DNA of 63,518 nucleotides, counting the filler, from Saprolegnia diclina VS20 (Eukaryota): assembly GCF_000281045.1 (NCBI RefSeq). It is 3 parts of 2 records of this genome, joined end to end, with 100 filler letters (N's around TTAATTAATTAA, not from the genome) between each part and the next. Parts side by side here need not be neighbours in the genome. Positions count along the whole stretch, not along the records: positions 28,001 to 59,350 come from NW_008246131.1; positions 59,451 to 63,518 come from NW_008246132.1; 1 more part is not named here. The stretch is one strand, 5' to 3'. The position numbers and the translations under genes are program-made. The notes under the pieces were generated by a model. The model was given only the letters and a program-made list of their open reading frames with translations. It did no database searches and had not been told where the DNA came from. Of this stretch, positions 49,701 to 60,299 are shown piece by piece. Numbering within the stretch: position 1 is the stretch's first letter; every line of letters begins with the position of its first letter.

Positions 49701-51068
49701 TGTGCGAGGATTGATGGGCACTACCTCGTCACTCTCGGCCGTGATTGCATCAAAGCCGAGGGTCGCGCACATGTCGTGCAGCTGGATCCGCCCTTGGCCC
49801 GCGCCACCACGAAAGACTTGCGTCGTGTACGCGTCAAAGATGACGACTTCGTGGACCTCGGCGGCCTTGAGAAAGCTCTCGTTGACATACGAAGCGACGC
49901 GCGGGATCGAAATATAGTCGAGGAAGAGGCTTCCATTGTCGGTCGGCGCGTGCTCGATCGCGCAGAGCCATTGGTGTAAAAGCACGAAACGCAGGGGATT
50001 GACCGAGAGACCAAGGCGCTGGAGCGACGCCAGCGCCGCTTGCACGTACGGCACGATGTCCGTCTTGGCCGTGAACGAGCTGCGAAGCGCGGCCAAGTAG
50101 CGCAGCGCAAACGAGGTGCTCTGCGCGAGCGCGTCGTGATGGGCTTCCCAGAGCGCATCGAGCTGGGGCGTCGAGAACGAGGCAAGGTCGGTCGCGATCG
50201 CCTCGTCGGAAAACGCCGCTGCTTGGAGACTCGCACCGACCGCGGTGATGTACTCGGGAAAGTCGGTCCATTCGAGCTGGTGGTGCTTGAGCATCGTGCG
50301 GATGACGCACTGCTTCTCTTGGTCGGAAAAGCCAACGCTGTCGTCGCCCCGGACGAGTCCGCGGAAGATGATCTCGCGCGTGAGCGCACTCATGTTGCTC
50401 AGCGTGAAGACGCCGTTGCCGTCCAGCTCGAGGTCGCCCGTGTACGTCTGTGTCATGTGCTGCTTGAGACCGCGGAGCTTGGTCATGATGACCTCTTGCA
50501 CGTCGAATCTACCAAAGCAAGCCAATGCCATGAGCATCGATAAGGAAGCGAGAAATGCGACGTACGCGATGGCGCTCGACGGGCCGTCATTCTTGTCCTT
50601 GGTCGCAATCGCAACCGCGTCCGGCGCCGTCGCATGAAAGTTGAGGTAGAGAGTCTCCGTGATGTACGCATACGCGCGGTCGTCGTCGTGCTCGAGGAGG
50701 AGCAGGTGCAGACGATGCCGAAGCCGCGTCGCGCGGTGCGGGCACGCCTTGTCATCGAGGAACTTGGCGGCCGCGAGCACCGCGTCGACCTCCTTCTCGT
50801 CGAGGGCTGCTACCGCCATGCGATGGAGCCGGAGGATCGCCTCAAAGTACCGCCGGTCCGTCGAGGTAGCCGACATGGCCTCAAGCACGGCTTCCTTGGC
50901 TTCCGCGAGGAGGAGCGCTTCCTCGACGCTCGCATCCCGCGACTCGCGCTCCTCGTCCGTCAAGTCCTTCATGCGCGCGGGGTCCTCGGGCGCTGGCATG
51001 GCGCTCTGCTGCTGCCGCGGGGCCTTGCCCCCTGTGCTCTTCCGCGCTGTTTGCTTCGTCCGCGCCAT
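43778..51068 (-). CDS. Giant (about 2,390 aa) protein with a histone H3 N-terminal tail, Pol II CTD-like heptads, FG-like repeats and a macroglobulin-like beta-rich body
   Basis: ATG 51068 MARTKQTARKSTGGKAPR. Probable in-frame intron 50565-50509. Intron 49724-49673 joins in frame to the 1955-aa ORF. YFAAPGTFSHYPAHV and YVKVF..FYKDGYTD..G.FDY motifs in the C-terminal part. Confidence 0.85.
46352..46435 (-). repeat. 21-bp tandem repeat encoding YSPTSPA x3 + YAPTSSP
   Basis: Directly visible, e.g. GACGTGGGGGAGTACGCAGGC repeated on the + strand. Confidence 0.97.
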
Positions 51069-51082
51069 GAGCAAGATCGCGC

Positions 51083-51118
51083 AAAAGTGAAAATGAGCCA
51101 CAAGGGTTTATCCGGATA
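51083..51118 (-). promoter_or_regulatory. Putative core promoter: oomycete Inr/FPR-like element plus TATCCGGATA palindrome
   Basis: The minus strand reads GCTCATTTTCACTTTT (close to the GCTCATTYYNCAWTTT consensus) 15 bp upstream of ATG 51068. The palindrome is at 51109-51118. Confidence 0.55.
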
Positions 51119-52983
51119 CACCATCTTGCCGCCGGATTGTGGACACGGGAAAGGGATCTTGCAGAGTGCAGGTCGCGCTCGCAGCACCCACATGCCATGC
51201 GCGAGCGTAGCGATTGCATGTGCCATCGATGCGCGCAGCGCTAACCCTGAGTTTAGCGTGTGCACTTGCGATAGTGCACGGCAGTGTGGTAGGATACTGC
51301 GCGCGATAGCGCAATGTACGAGCGTAGCGAGTGCATTTGGTATCGTTGGGGCCTGCGCGATAGCGCGTGACCTCAATACGACGCATGGTGTTAGATCAAT
51401 GAGTTTGTTCGCGATGTTAGAATCGTATCTGGATGTTACGGTTGCCTTGCAGGTTTCTATCGCAATCCGCGCGTCAAGCACAGAATAGGAGACTCGGCCA
51501 TGGAGAGGCCGAGCGTGTCGGGGCGCAGCGCGTGCGGTAGTCGCAGCAGCGCCATGCTGCGAGCGCAGCGGCAGTAGCGACTGCGTTCGATGTGACCAAG
51601 GACCTAAAGCGGAAAATCGACGCGGGGCAGAGGCGACGGCAGCGAACTAATGCGGCGACCGCGCCCGCCACTGCGCCTCCAGGCGAAGCGCGCGCGTCGA
51701 GCGGCCGCGCCCGTCACAGTAGAATCGCTGGGCCTGCAAATCCGAGAAGCGATCCTTTAAACCACCTCATGAACGTTATCCATCCTGCAATGTTGATCAA
51801 GCTGCTGTGGCCTCTATGCACGAAGCGTCTGCTATGCAGTATTGGACCCGAGTGCCGAAACGATGCGAAGGTTGAAGCGGCTAAGAAAGAGCCCTTCCTG
51901 GCGACGGAGGTCGCGTCCGTCGCACGCGTCCGTCACACATTCGCCATGTGAATGCGTGTTTGCAGTAAGGAGGTGCGTTGGACGTGCATAGTACACGAGC
52001 CCGTAAGGGTGGAAGGCATCCACACTGCCCAAGCTACGACACAGACATACCGCTAGGTTGCACGCGGCCCCGACACCAAACTGAAATCAAAAAGCGCGCC
52101 AGGACCTGTGCAAACCTTCTCCACGAATCAAACCGCTATGCATGTTTCACAGAAAGACCTCTAGATGGCCCACCAGCACTATGCCCCACCTCGACCACAA
52201 AGACCAACCACACCCTGCCCCAAGAAAACACGAGGTTTGGGGCAGGGTACGTTGAACTTCAATGCACATGATCCCGTCCACCGAATCCAAACTACCTCAC
52301 ACGCAGTACACGATCCCTCCGCTAGATTGCACGCTACCCCAATGCAAAACCTCAACCAAAGAGCTCGACCAAAACCTGCCCCAAGAAAACACGAGGTTAA
52401 CCCTAGTATAATACATTACTTGGAGACAGGTTCTGCTGCTGAGCGACGTGGAAGTCTGCTCGGCCAAGCCGGCATGGGTCAACGGTAGTCAGCGTGCAAC
52501 AAGCTTCTCCCGTGGGCTGCGCAAGAGTTGGGTGCTCAATCCTTGGCACAGCGTCGTTCCTGCAGCCACCGGGTACGATTATGAAGCTTAAAGGTCTCGA
52601 ACGACCACCGTCATAGCGGCAACGAAGGCGCCTCGTTATGCTCAAGCCTTGGGTGTCGCCAACACATATCGTGTCGAGAATGAGTCGAGATGTCTGAGGG
52701 ATGTCTGAGGTACTACTAGTTGTAGGCTGTGATATAAAACAGGTGCAATTGCGCCGACTTGCGTTGCAGCGGGGCTAGGGCTCAAGGACTGTGCTCGCCT
52801 CTCTTTCGATGCTTGTATCGCAAGTCGACAATCCTTTGAACCGCTTGCTTCTGGTCTCTCGTAGCAAGTCGAGATGATGCGAACGAACATCAGCAGCTCC
52901 ACCTGGCATTTCAGCCAATGGGAGAGTCGTATTTTAAACCAGCCAATCCACAACGCGCTGCGCCCGAGTATTTGGACGGGCGG

Positions 52984-54387
52984 ATGTCGGCGGTCTGCGT
53001 GTGGTGCAAGATCGAGCCGCGGGCGATCGTCTGCGACGAGTGCTTCAAGCCGGCGTACATTGATGTCATGGAGCTCTGCTACACGTGCAATGGTCTATGG
53101 CACCGGCGAGGCGCGTCACTGAACCACCGTTGGCGTGAGCTTCCAGCGCCCATGCAGCCCGCCAGTGCGCCGACAGAGCTCTCAATGGGCCACAGCAGTG
53201 GCGCCGCACCGCCGACGCAAAGCAGCGTGCTTCGGCAAGCCGCCGAAGTGATCGAGCTCTTCGACGATATCGAGGTTGAAGGCAGTGAGAAGGCGCAGCT
53301 CGACGCCATGTGCCTGGTCGAAGATGCGGTGCAGTGCACGGCCCACGCCAGTTGCACGGACAAACACTGCGTGTCGGCAGTGACGCACTTGCAGCACGAC
53401 GCGCCGTGCTCGCCGGTTTGCTCGGCGCTCGGCGACCTCTTCCTCCACCTGGAGGTGTGCCGCAAGAGCAACAACTGCTACCGCTGCCTCTACGGTGCGC
53501 CCTCGCTTGACGCGTACCTGTTGTCATAGTACATTCTCTGTTTAGTCAAGCAGCGCAAGCTTTTGAACCAAGCCATGCTGTATTACCACTGGAGCCAAGG
53601 CCCACCCAGCGATATGCGCGTTCTGTCCAAGAAGACGTTCACGACCGACATGCGCCTCCGGTTCGTCGAGGCGTGTCTGCAATTGCGTTCGGTGCAAGTG
53701 CGCTTGGCCAAGATCCAAGCGCCGGTTTTCGAGGCGCCGTCGCTCACGCTGCACTACAGCACGCGACTGCCCGGGGTACTCACTTCCTGCAACACGAATC
53801 GTCGTCATCGTCGCCTGCTAGCTACAAGAGCTCCAACTCGCAACCGCCAACGACCTCCTCTCGCAATACATTGGCGAAACCATCGAGCGACCAATCTCGT
53901 GGTGGCGCGAGAGCGTGCTCGCATGTGTTGGGATCACCGACACACCTGACGCACCGGCGTTCGCGGCGCATCTCGCCCACGTCGCCAGGGGCTTTGTCTG
54001 TGACGAGCCCACTTGCGCGCTTGTGATGAGCCACAAGAACCACCAGCGGCAGTGCGCGAGCAAGCGTATTTGCATCTATTGCCACCTCGGTACGCATTCT
54101 CTCGGGCTTCTCAGTGTGATTGAATGGATGTTGCAGTCACGGTGCTCGAGCAAAAGCACAAGTGGTACACCACGCGCACCAACGTCGTGAACGCGACCGC
54201 AGCACTGAAGAAGGCGATGACGACCGCAGGATCCATGGCGCTGTTGCAGACGCTCGAGCAAACGTACAAGGCCGCCAAGAAGGTGCAGCAGATCGAGCGC
54301 GAGCGCCTCGACCTCCTGATTCAGATGCTCTTCCGCTTAACGCAGCCCCACACGCCGATCGACTTGGGCCTTGAGACGTTCCAGTAG
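52984..54387 (+). CDS. Zinc-finger protein with N-terminal B-box-like and two TAZ-like Cys/His clusters, multi-exon
   Basis: CVWC..VCDEC..LCYTCNGLWH..H; HASCTDKHC..HLQH..CSPVC..HLEVC..CYRC; HLAH..CDEPTC..H..HQRQC..CIYC; coiled-coil C-terminus; TAG at 54387. Confidence 0.65.
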
Positions 54388-54978
54388 CTAATCACGATAG
54401 CATTGTGTATGTGTGTCTTGATCCCATGGGCGTCACGCTTCAAGCGTGGCGGGCTCTCGGCACGAAAGAACTGGCGCCGCAGCTGCAGCTAGTACTGCTG
54501 CGTTGAGATCATCCGACATCCAACGGGCCCAAGAGCCGTGCGCATCGCTGACCCTTGGCCCATCCACACACTTGTGATTCCGACCGTGGCATCGTCTGTC
54601 GCGTCGTCGCTGGCACGTCTGGGCACATACATGTACCTGCACCTGCTGCTACATGGGACATCCTGACGTTGCCTCTGGCAATAGAAATAGGATACGCGGT
54701 GCCGCCGCCGCCCTCGCTCCCTCAAATTGCAAGCAGCAGCACAGTGCATCGGTGGGGCGACAGAGGCGCCCGAGCTTCACAACCCGTCACAACCATGCGT
54801 GGGGCTTGGCTTCCTAGAAAGTTCAACGATCCGATTCCACCAAGTATGTATTGTCAGAGGTTTAAAACAGCACATATTGTATTGCAATGCGTTTCGAACA
54901 CTATGTAGAATGCATATCTATTGGTTTTCACAGGTTGTCACGGCGAACGGCAATCTGGCCAGTCTCGAATATACCAGC

Positions 54979-57162
54979 ATGCAGGTCAAGACGCAGCTCA
55001 TGCAAGCACCGTCCAGCAGCCATCGGCTCGACGTCGATGGCGGCGACGAGTGGGCGTTCGTGGTCGTCTTCCCCAACAAGGATCCGGCGCACATCAAGAA
55101 GCTGCTCGTGCGGCTGCAGAAGGCCGGCCTTGAGCTCAAGCTCTTCTACTCCAAGACGACGACGCCGGACGGCGTGCCAACCATGATCTTTTGCAAGGTC
55201 CGCGCCAAGCTCAAGGCGCTCGAGGCCGAGGCCGCGCGAATCAACCTCCCGATGCTCATGGACGAGACCAAGCTCGCGGCGCTCGCGAAGCGTGGCATCC
55301 AGCACGACGACGGGAGCTGGAGCTCGTTTGAGATTGGCGACGCGATCACCCTCTCGCGCGACCGCCTCACGCCATACGAGTACATTTACATGAAGTACGA
55401 CGTCAAGTACGACGAGGTCCGGGACTTGTATGCAAAGACGCCGGCGGGCGGCGTCTTCTCGAGCGTCCAGCGCATGGAGCTCATCGAAAGCATGATCACG
55501 AACGTCGCGCACTTTGACGTTGATAAGCTCAAGGCGGACGGTGAGATCCTCGACTGCTTCCCGCTGCACAGCGACGACGAGCTCCGCGCGCTCCAGCGCA
55601 AGTGGGTCGCGTGGGACTACATGCCGTGGAGCCAGCCGATCCACGATGTGAAAAACTACTTTGGCACCAAAGTCGCGCTCTACTTTGCGTACCTCGGGTA
55701 CTACACGTCGTTCCTCTTCGTCTCGGGCGTCGTCGGACTCGGCGTCTTCTGCCTCGACATGGGGCTGCGCCAGCGCTACGAGGCGACGGCATCGGACGCA
55801 AGTGCGAGTGCCAACTACGTGGTCCAAGTCTACACGGTCCCGGCGTTCGGCGTCTTTATGGCGGTCTGGGCGACGCTCTTCCTCGAGGGCTGGAAACGCC
55901 GAAGCGCCGTCTACGCGATGCATTGGGGCACGACGCACCACAGCGAAGCCGAGCAGCCGCGGCCGCAGTTCAAAGGCGACCTCGCCAAATCGCCCATCAA
56001 CGGCGCCGACATCAAGTTCTTCCACGAAACCGAGCGCCTCAAGCGGCGCGTGCTGAGCTGGCTCGTGCTCTTTGGCCTCATTGGCGTCGTCTTGGTCCTC
56101 ACGGGCCTCATCTTTTATCTGCGCTACTACCTCGTGCACTTGAACCCCGACATCTTTGTCGTCCATGTGCACGGCCGGGACGTGCGTCTTGGCGGTGCGC
56201 TGGCCTCGACGGTCAACTTGCTCCAGATCTTCATCATGTACCGCATTTACGACGGCCTGAGTCTGCGCATGAACGACTACGAGAACCACGCGACCGAGTC
56301 GAGCTACGAAGCCAACTACATTTTGAAAGCCATCATCTTCCACTTTGTGAACGCATACGCGGCGCTCATCTACGTCGCGAGTGTCAAGGAGCATGTCGGC
56401 GACCAGTGCATTGACGGCGACTGCTTCAACGAACTGCGCTACTCGCTCATCGTGATCTACGGGTCGCAGATCGTCATTGGCAACATCAAGGAAATTCTGG
56501 TCCCGCGCTTCTGGGCGTGGCTCGCCAAGCGCAAGCAGCAAACCGGCAACGTGGCAGCGCTGAGTCCGGCCGAGCGCCAATTCTTCAAGTCGCACTATGG
56601 CTGGAAGGGCACGTTCGACGACTTTCTCGAGATGATCCTCCAGTTTGGCTACTCGACGTTCTTTGTCGTCTCGTTCCCCCTCACGCCGCTTCTCTCGTTC
56701 ATCAACAATGTGATTGAGATCCGCATCGATGGCTATCGGCTCACGGCCGACTGCCGCCGCCCGCGCCCGCGCAGCGCCGCCAGCATTGGTCTCTGGGTCG
56801 AGGTCCTCGAGGTCTTTGTGACGATCGCGATTGTGACCAACGCGTGGGTCATCTTTTATACGCACAAGTACGGCAACGAGCTCATCGAGTACCTCGAGCA
56901 GCAGGATATGGACGTGCCACTGCTGGACCTCGGCTTGTTTGTCGGCTTTGTCACGGTCGTGCTGCTCTTCCGCGCGCTTGTCGCGGCTTGCATCGACGAC
57001 GTGCCGGCGTACGTCACGCGGCAGCTCGCGCGTCAAGCGTTCTTGACGTCCATGGTCCTGCACCGTGTCAAGCCAGACGACGACGAAGCGTACACTGTGG
57101 CCGACGACCGCATTGCCGCCGGCATGAAGATTGCACCCACCGACGACGACCCGCCATTTTGA
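54979..57162 (+). CDS. Anoctamin/TMEM16 family protein (paralog of 34038-36485), intronless
   Basis: QPIHDVKNYFGTKVALYFAYLGYY, FLEGWKR, YENHATES, DDFLEMILQFGY, NNVIEIRIDGY. Confidence 0.93.
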   Translation: MQVKTQLMQAPSSSHRLDVDGGDEWAFVVVFPNKDPAHIKKLLVRLQKAGLELKLFYSKTTTPDGVPTMIFCKVRAKLKALEAEAARINLPMLMDETKLAALAKRGIQHDDGSWSSFEIGDAITLSRDRLTPYEYIYMKYDVKYDEVRDLYAKTPAGGVFSSVQRMELIESMITNVAHFDVDKLKADGEILDCFPLHSDDELRALQRKWVAWDYMPWSQPIHDVKNYFGTKVALYFAYLGYYTSFLFVSGVVGLGVFCLDMGLRQRYEATASDASASANYVVQVYTVPAFGVFMAVWATLFLEGWKRRSAVYAMHWGTTHHSEAEQPRPQFKGDLAKSPINGADIKFFHETERLKRRVLSWLVLFGLIGVVLVLTGLIFYLRYYLVHLNPDIFVVHVHGRDVRLGGALASTVNLLQIFIMYRIYDGLSLRMNDYENHATESSYEANYILKAIIFHFVNAYAALIYVASVKEHVGDQCIDGDCFNELRYSLIVIYGSQIVIGNIKEILVPRFWAWLAKRKQQTGNVAALSPAERQFFKSHYGWKGTFDDFLEMILQFGYSTFFVVSFPLTPLLSFINNVIEIRIDGYRLTADCRRPRPRSAASIGLWVEVLEVFVTIAIVTNAWVIFYTHKYGNELIEYLEQQDMDVPLLDLGLFVGFVTVVLLFRALVAACIDDVPAYVTRQLARQAFLTSMVLHRVKPDDDEAYTVADDRIAAGMKIAPTDDDPPF

Positions 57163-57539
57163 GTTTTGTAGTGTTTGCAATGGCTTTCTAATGTATCGAT
57201 TTTGCTCGTCGCGTGCAACGACGAAGAAGACGAGATGACCATCCAGTTTCGTGTCAAACGTCATAATTGGAACAAGTAAACGGCTCCAAGGGAAACCATA
57301 CCGGTCACGTTGCGCCGTTTGACGAGGAGATCGGCCGCTTGGCCCGAATGGCATCCACAGACCACTGCACAGTTGGCTTCAGGTTCATTGTCGCCTTTGT
57401 CGTCGTCTTCCAAGTCACTGCCTTTGTCGCCCCCACAAGCGTCCTTGATGGGTCGTTCGACCTCCTCTGCGTCAGATCGCTGGACTTCCTCAAGCTTGCG
57501 CTTGCAAGCCGCGGGCTCGACCTTGCAGGGCCCGGGCCC

Positions 57540-59350
57540 TTACAGGCAAATCGGAATTGGCTGCTCGCGCGGTCCGGATAGGCTATCCGTAGCATCAGGC
57601 CAATCGCTGCGATGGATTGTGGCACGAAGCGCATTCATTGGCTCGTGTACCTGAAGATTGTGGGCACAGAATGAACCTGAATTCTGAATCTGAAAGATGT
57701 GTTTTGCTGCCGAAAACAATCTCAACGCAGCATTATCTTCCTTCCTCTTGGCGCAACTGATTGGCGCCAAAGCATCAAGGCAAGGTATCCCTTCTGATTG
57801 CATCTCACTGACTCGGCATTTACGACAGTCTACTAGGACTGTTCGGCTCACCGCGTCGAGATACGAAGCCAAGTGCTAGCGCGAGAAGCATAGAGCTGTC
57901 ATGTTAGCTCGTCGACGGCGTCGTCGTTGTTGTCCGTGGTTAGTTTCTCGACCAAGCTCATTGGCTGCATGCGGCACGAGGTCGGTTGGACATCCGCCGA
58001 CGTTTGATCATGCGTAACCTTACGAGCACCTGAACTCAATTGAGTTTATGTCCTCTTAGTATCCTAGACTGCCCACCACGTTTGGCACGTGAGCTTGTGC
58101 ATGATCACGTGGTCGAGCAACGCCAATGGGATAGATCGAGAACTTGCGAAAGGCGACAGGTCTTAACATGGTTCACAACGTCCATGCAATGAGGAAGCAG
58201 GCGCGTGCTCTCTGAACTAAAGCCACGGCAACGCGAAGGAGATGCTGGCTGCTGGATCGTTCAGTCGGGACGCGCCACTCTCTCTGCGAGCCTCGCTTAC
58301 CAAAGAGCAAAGTTGCGTCTGCGATGTGTGCTAGGCAACGGTGATGACGACGACGAGCGACCAAGATACTTCAGTATTGGTCAAGTACTGTTTGTAACCA
58401 GATCGATACGACGCCGTGGCAAAGCGACGTCGCAGTCGCACACGGGATGCGCCAGGGACGTGCTGGAACCGAGACGACAAGTGAACGGGCGCCCAAACAA
58501 CTCGTACGCCGAGGGATCGACTGCACGTGATAGTAGTAGAAATCGATAAAGAGCACGGCGTGCCCAAAGGATCGCTGTGGAACGTCGTTGACGAGCGTCT
58601 GCCAAAGAAGATACAAGGAGCTTGGCCGATTCATGGCACCAGTGCAGCCCTCTTCAGCGAAGCCTACGACGCAGCCCGCATGAGATGCATGAACAATCAC
58701 GATGGTCGATGCACGAGAAGGTCGTCGCGGTCCTTGGGTGCTCGCCAGGAGGGCATCATATGCTCTCCTGGCGGCTCAGAGATCTGCAAAGTTGTCCAGT
58801 CCGTACGTCTGAAACTGTACGTCTGTGTCCGTCCGTTGCTTCCGAATGCAGTTGCGCCGCAGTGCAGACCCAAGATCTCACTTGAAGACGCCGCGCAACA
58901 ACACCTCGAAGTAAGACTCGGTCTGGCCAAGCCGGTATGCCACATTTAGCAAGTATGAGAGCGCGCACCGCAGCGTACGATGCTTGAGCAAGAAGACATT
59001 TTTGAAGGATGGCCTTGGCGCTGTCTGCGAAGCGATCCTTGATGACATGATGGCGCTTGTGGTCGAAGATGATGTGGCTGTCTCTACAGTGCACTGATGA
59101 GCGTCGGTCGCCGTGCCTGCAATGACGATGGAACATATTGGCCGACCAGCTTGGTGACCTCGTAGCATGTCGTCTAGTACGAGTACGATGGAGCTCTACC
59201 ACGGGCATTCGTGCTTTGACTTTACTGCCGTCGGTGCTGCCATATCGTGGTCTGCCAGTAGAGCATTGCAAGCTTCTTGCTATGGCCCTCGACCGCGTGG
59301 CCAATGTCCTTGGCAGTCCATGCCTTTGACGTGTGCCGTGGCATTGTGTG
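57540..59350 (-). mobile_element. Possible degenerate Mutator/MULE-like transposase remnant
   Basis: RTVLVDCRKCRVSEMQSEGIPCLDALAPI resembles a decayed SWIM finger (CxC..GIPCxH). The surrounding DNA has many stops and no intact ORF. Boundaries are uncertain. Confidence 0.4.
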
Positions 59351-59450
59351 NNNNNNNNNNNNNNNNNNNNNNNNNNNNNNNNNNNNNNNNNNNNTTAATT
59401 AATTAANNNNNNNNNNNNNNNNNNNNNNNNNNNNNNNNNNNNNNNNNNNN
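59351..59450. other. Assembly gap with artificial TTAATTAATTAA linker (59395-59406)
   Basis: 100-bp N spacer. Confidence 0.95.
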
Positions 59451-59557
59451 ATGAGGTTCGTCGACCGGTGCTGGACCGCGTAGTACCCGTTCTCTTCCGG
59501 GTGCGGCAGCATCGGGAGGTGCTCAATGTAGTACGCGGCGTCGCGGAGAAGGCTCAT
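59451..59557 (-). CDS. 5' end of a Cupin_5/DUF985-like protein (truncated by the gap)
   Basis: MSLLRDAAYYIEHLPMLPHPEENGYY matches the N-terminal I..L.L.PHPE.G(Y/F)Y motif of DUF985. Confidence 0.6.
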
Positions 59558-60299
59558 GTGCAAAGGTCGTGGGAAATGCGAAACTGAACCCGCTCCAATG
59601 ATCGTCGCTGGCCACCAGCTGGTCACTTTGGCTGCGACACCTTGAAGGCATCCAAGCGCGCGGGACGACCAAAGACCAGCGCCGAACACGCCACCACGCT
59701 GCATGTGCTCGGCGCAGTCGCCTCTGCGCGATGGGCTGCGACTCGTGGGTGCGACGGTTGGGCTATGGACTCTTGGCCCTTGCAGCAAACCCTCCGCTGT
59801 CGTCCAATTCTTGCCACGTGAACAGAGCAAGCTTGGCCGCGTCTAGACCACCGGACTATGCATACAAGATTAGCTAGTACAGTACTCAGTACTAGTCTAT
59901 ATCTGCTAGCAAGGTATAGGTGGGCCCTCTCGACGGCAAGTCGCGGCTACCGCACGCTCCAGGAAGCGCGTCCTTTGGATCGTATAGCGAATGGTCCCGG
60001 TTCAAGCAGCGCATCGCCAAGCCGCTTCATCATCAATAGGCTGCTATATAGCTACAGTTCCCTATAGTTGGGTCATCGAAATCAATCAAATCGATATGGC
60101 CGTTGCGACCAAGCTGCCGGGCGACGCCAAGCGTCAAGCAGCATGTAGATGTGGCCGATCGCACCGCTACCGAGGACAATGCACCAGTGCAACACAAGAG
60201 GAGCTGGTGACACTCGAACACGGCTGAAGCTCATGCTCTCGGCCCAACCAATATTTGCCAAACATTCCGTCAAAAGTGAAAGACCACTGCACATCGTCA

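Noticed and set aside
51015..51068. Histone H3 gene
   Set aside because: Identity stops after residue 17 and no histone fold follows; treated as a mimic or fusion instead.
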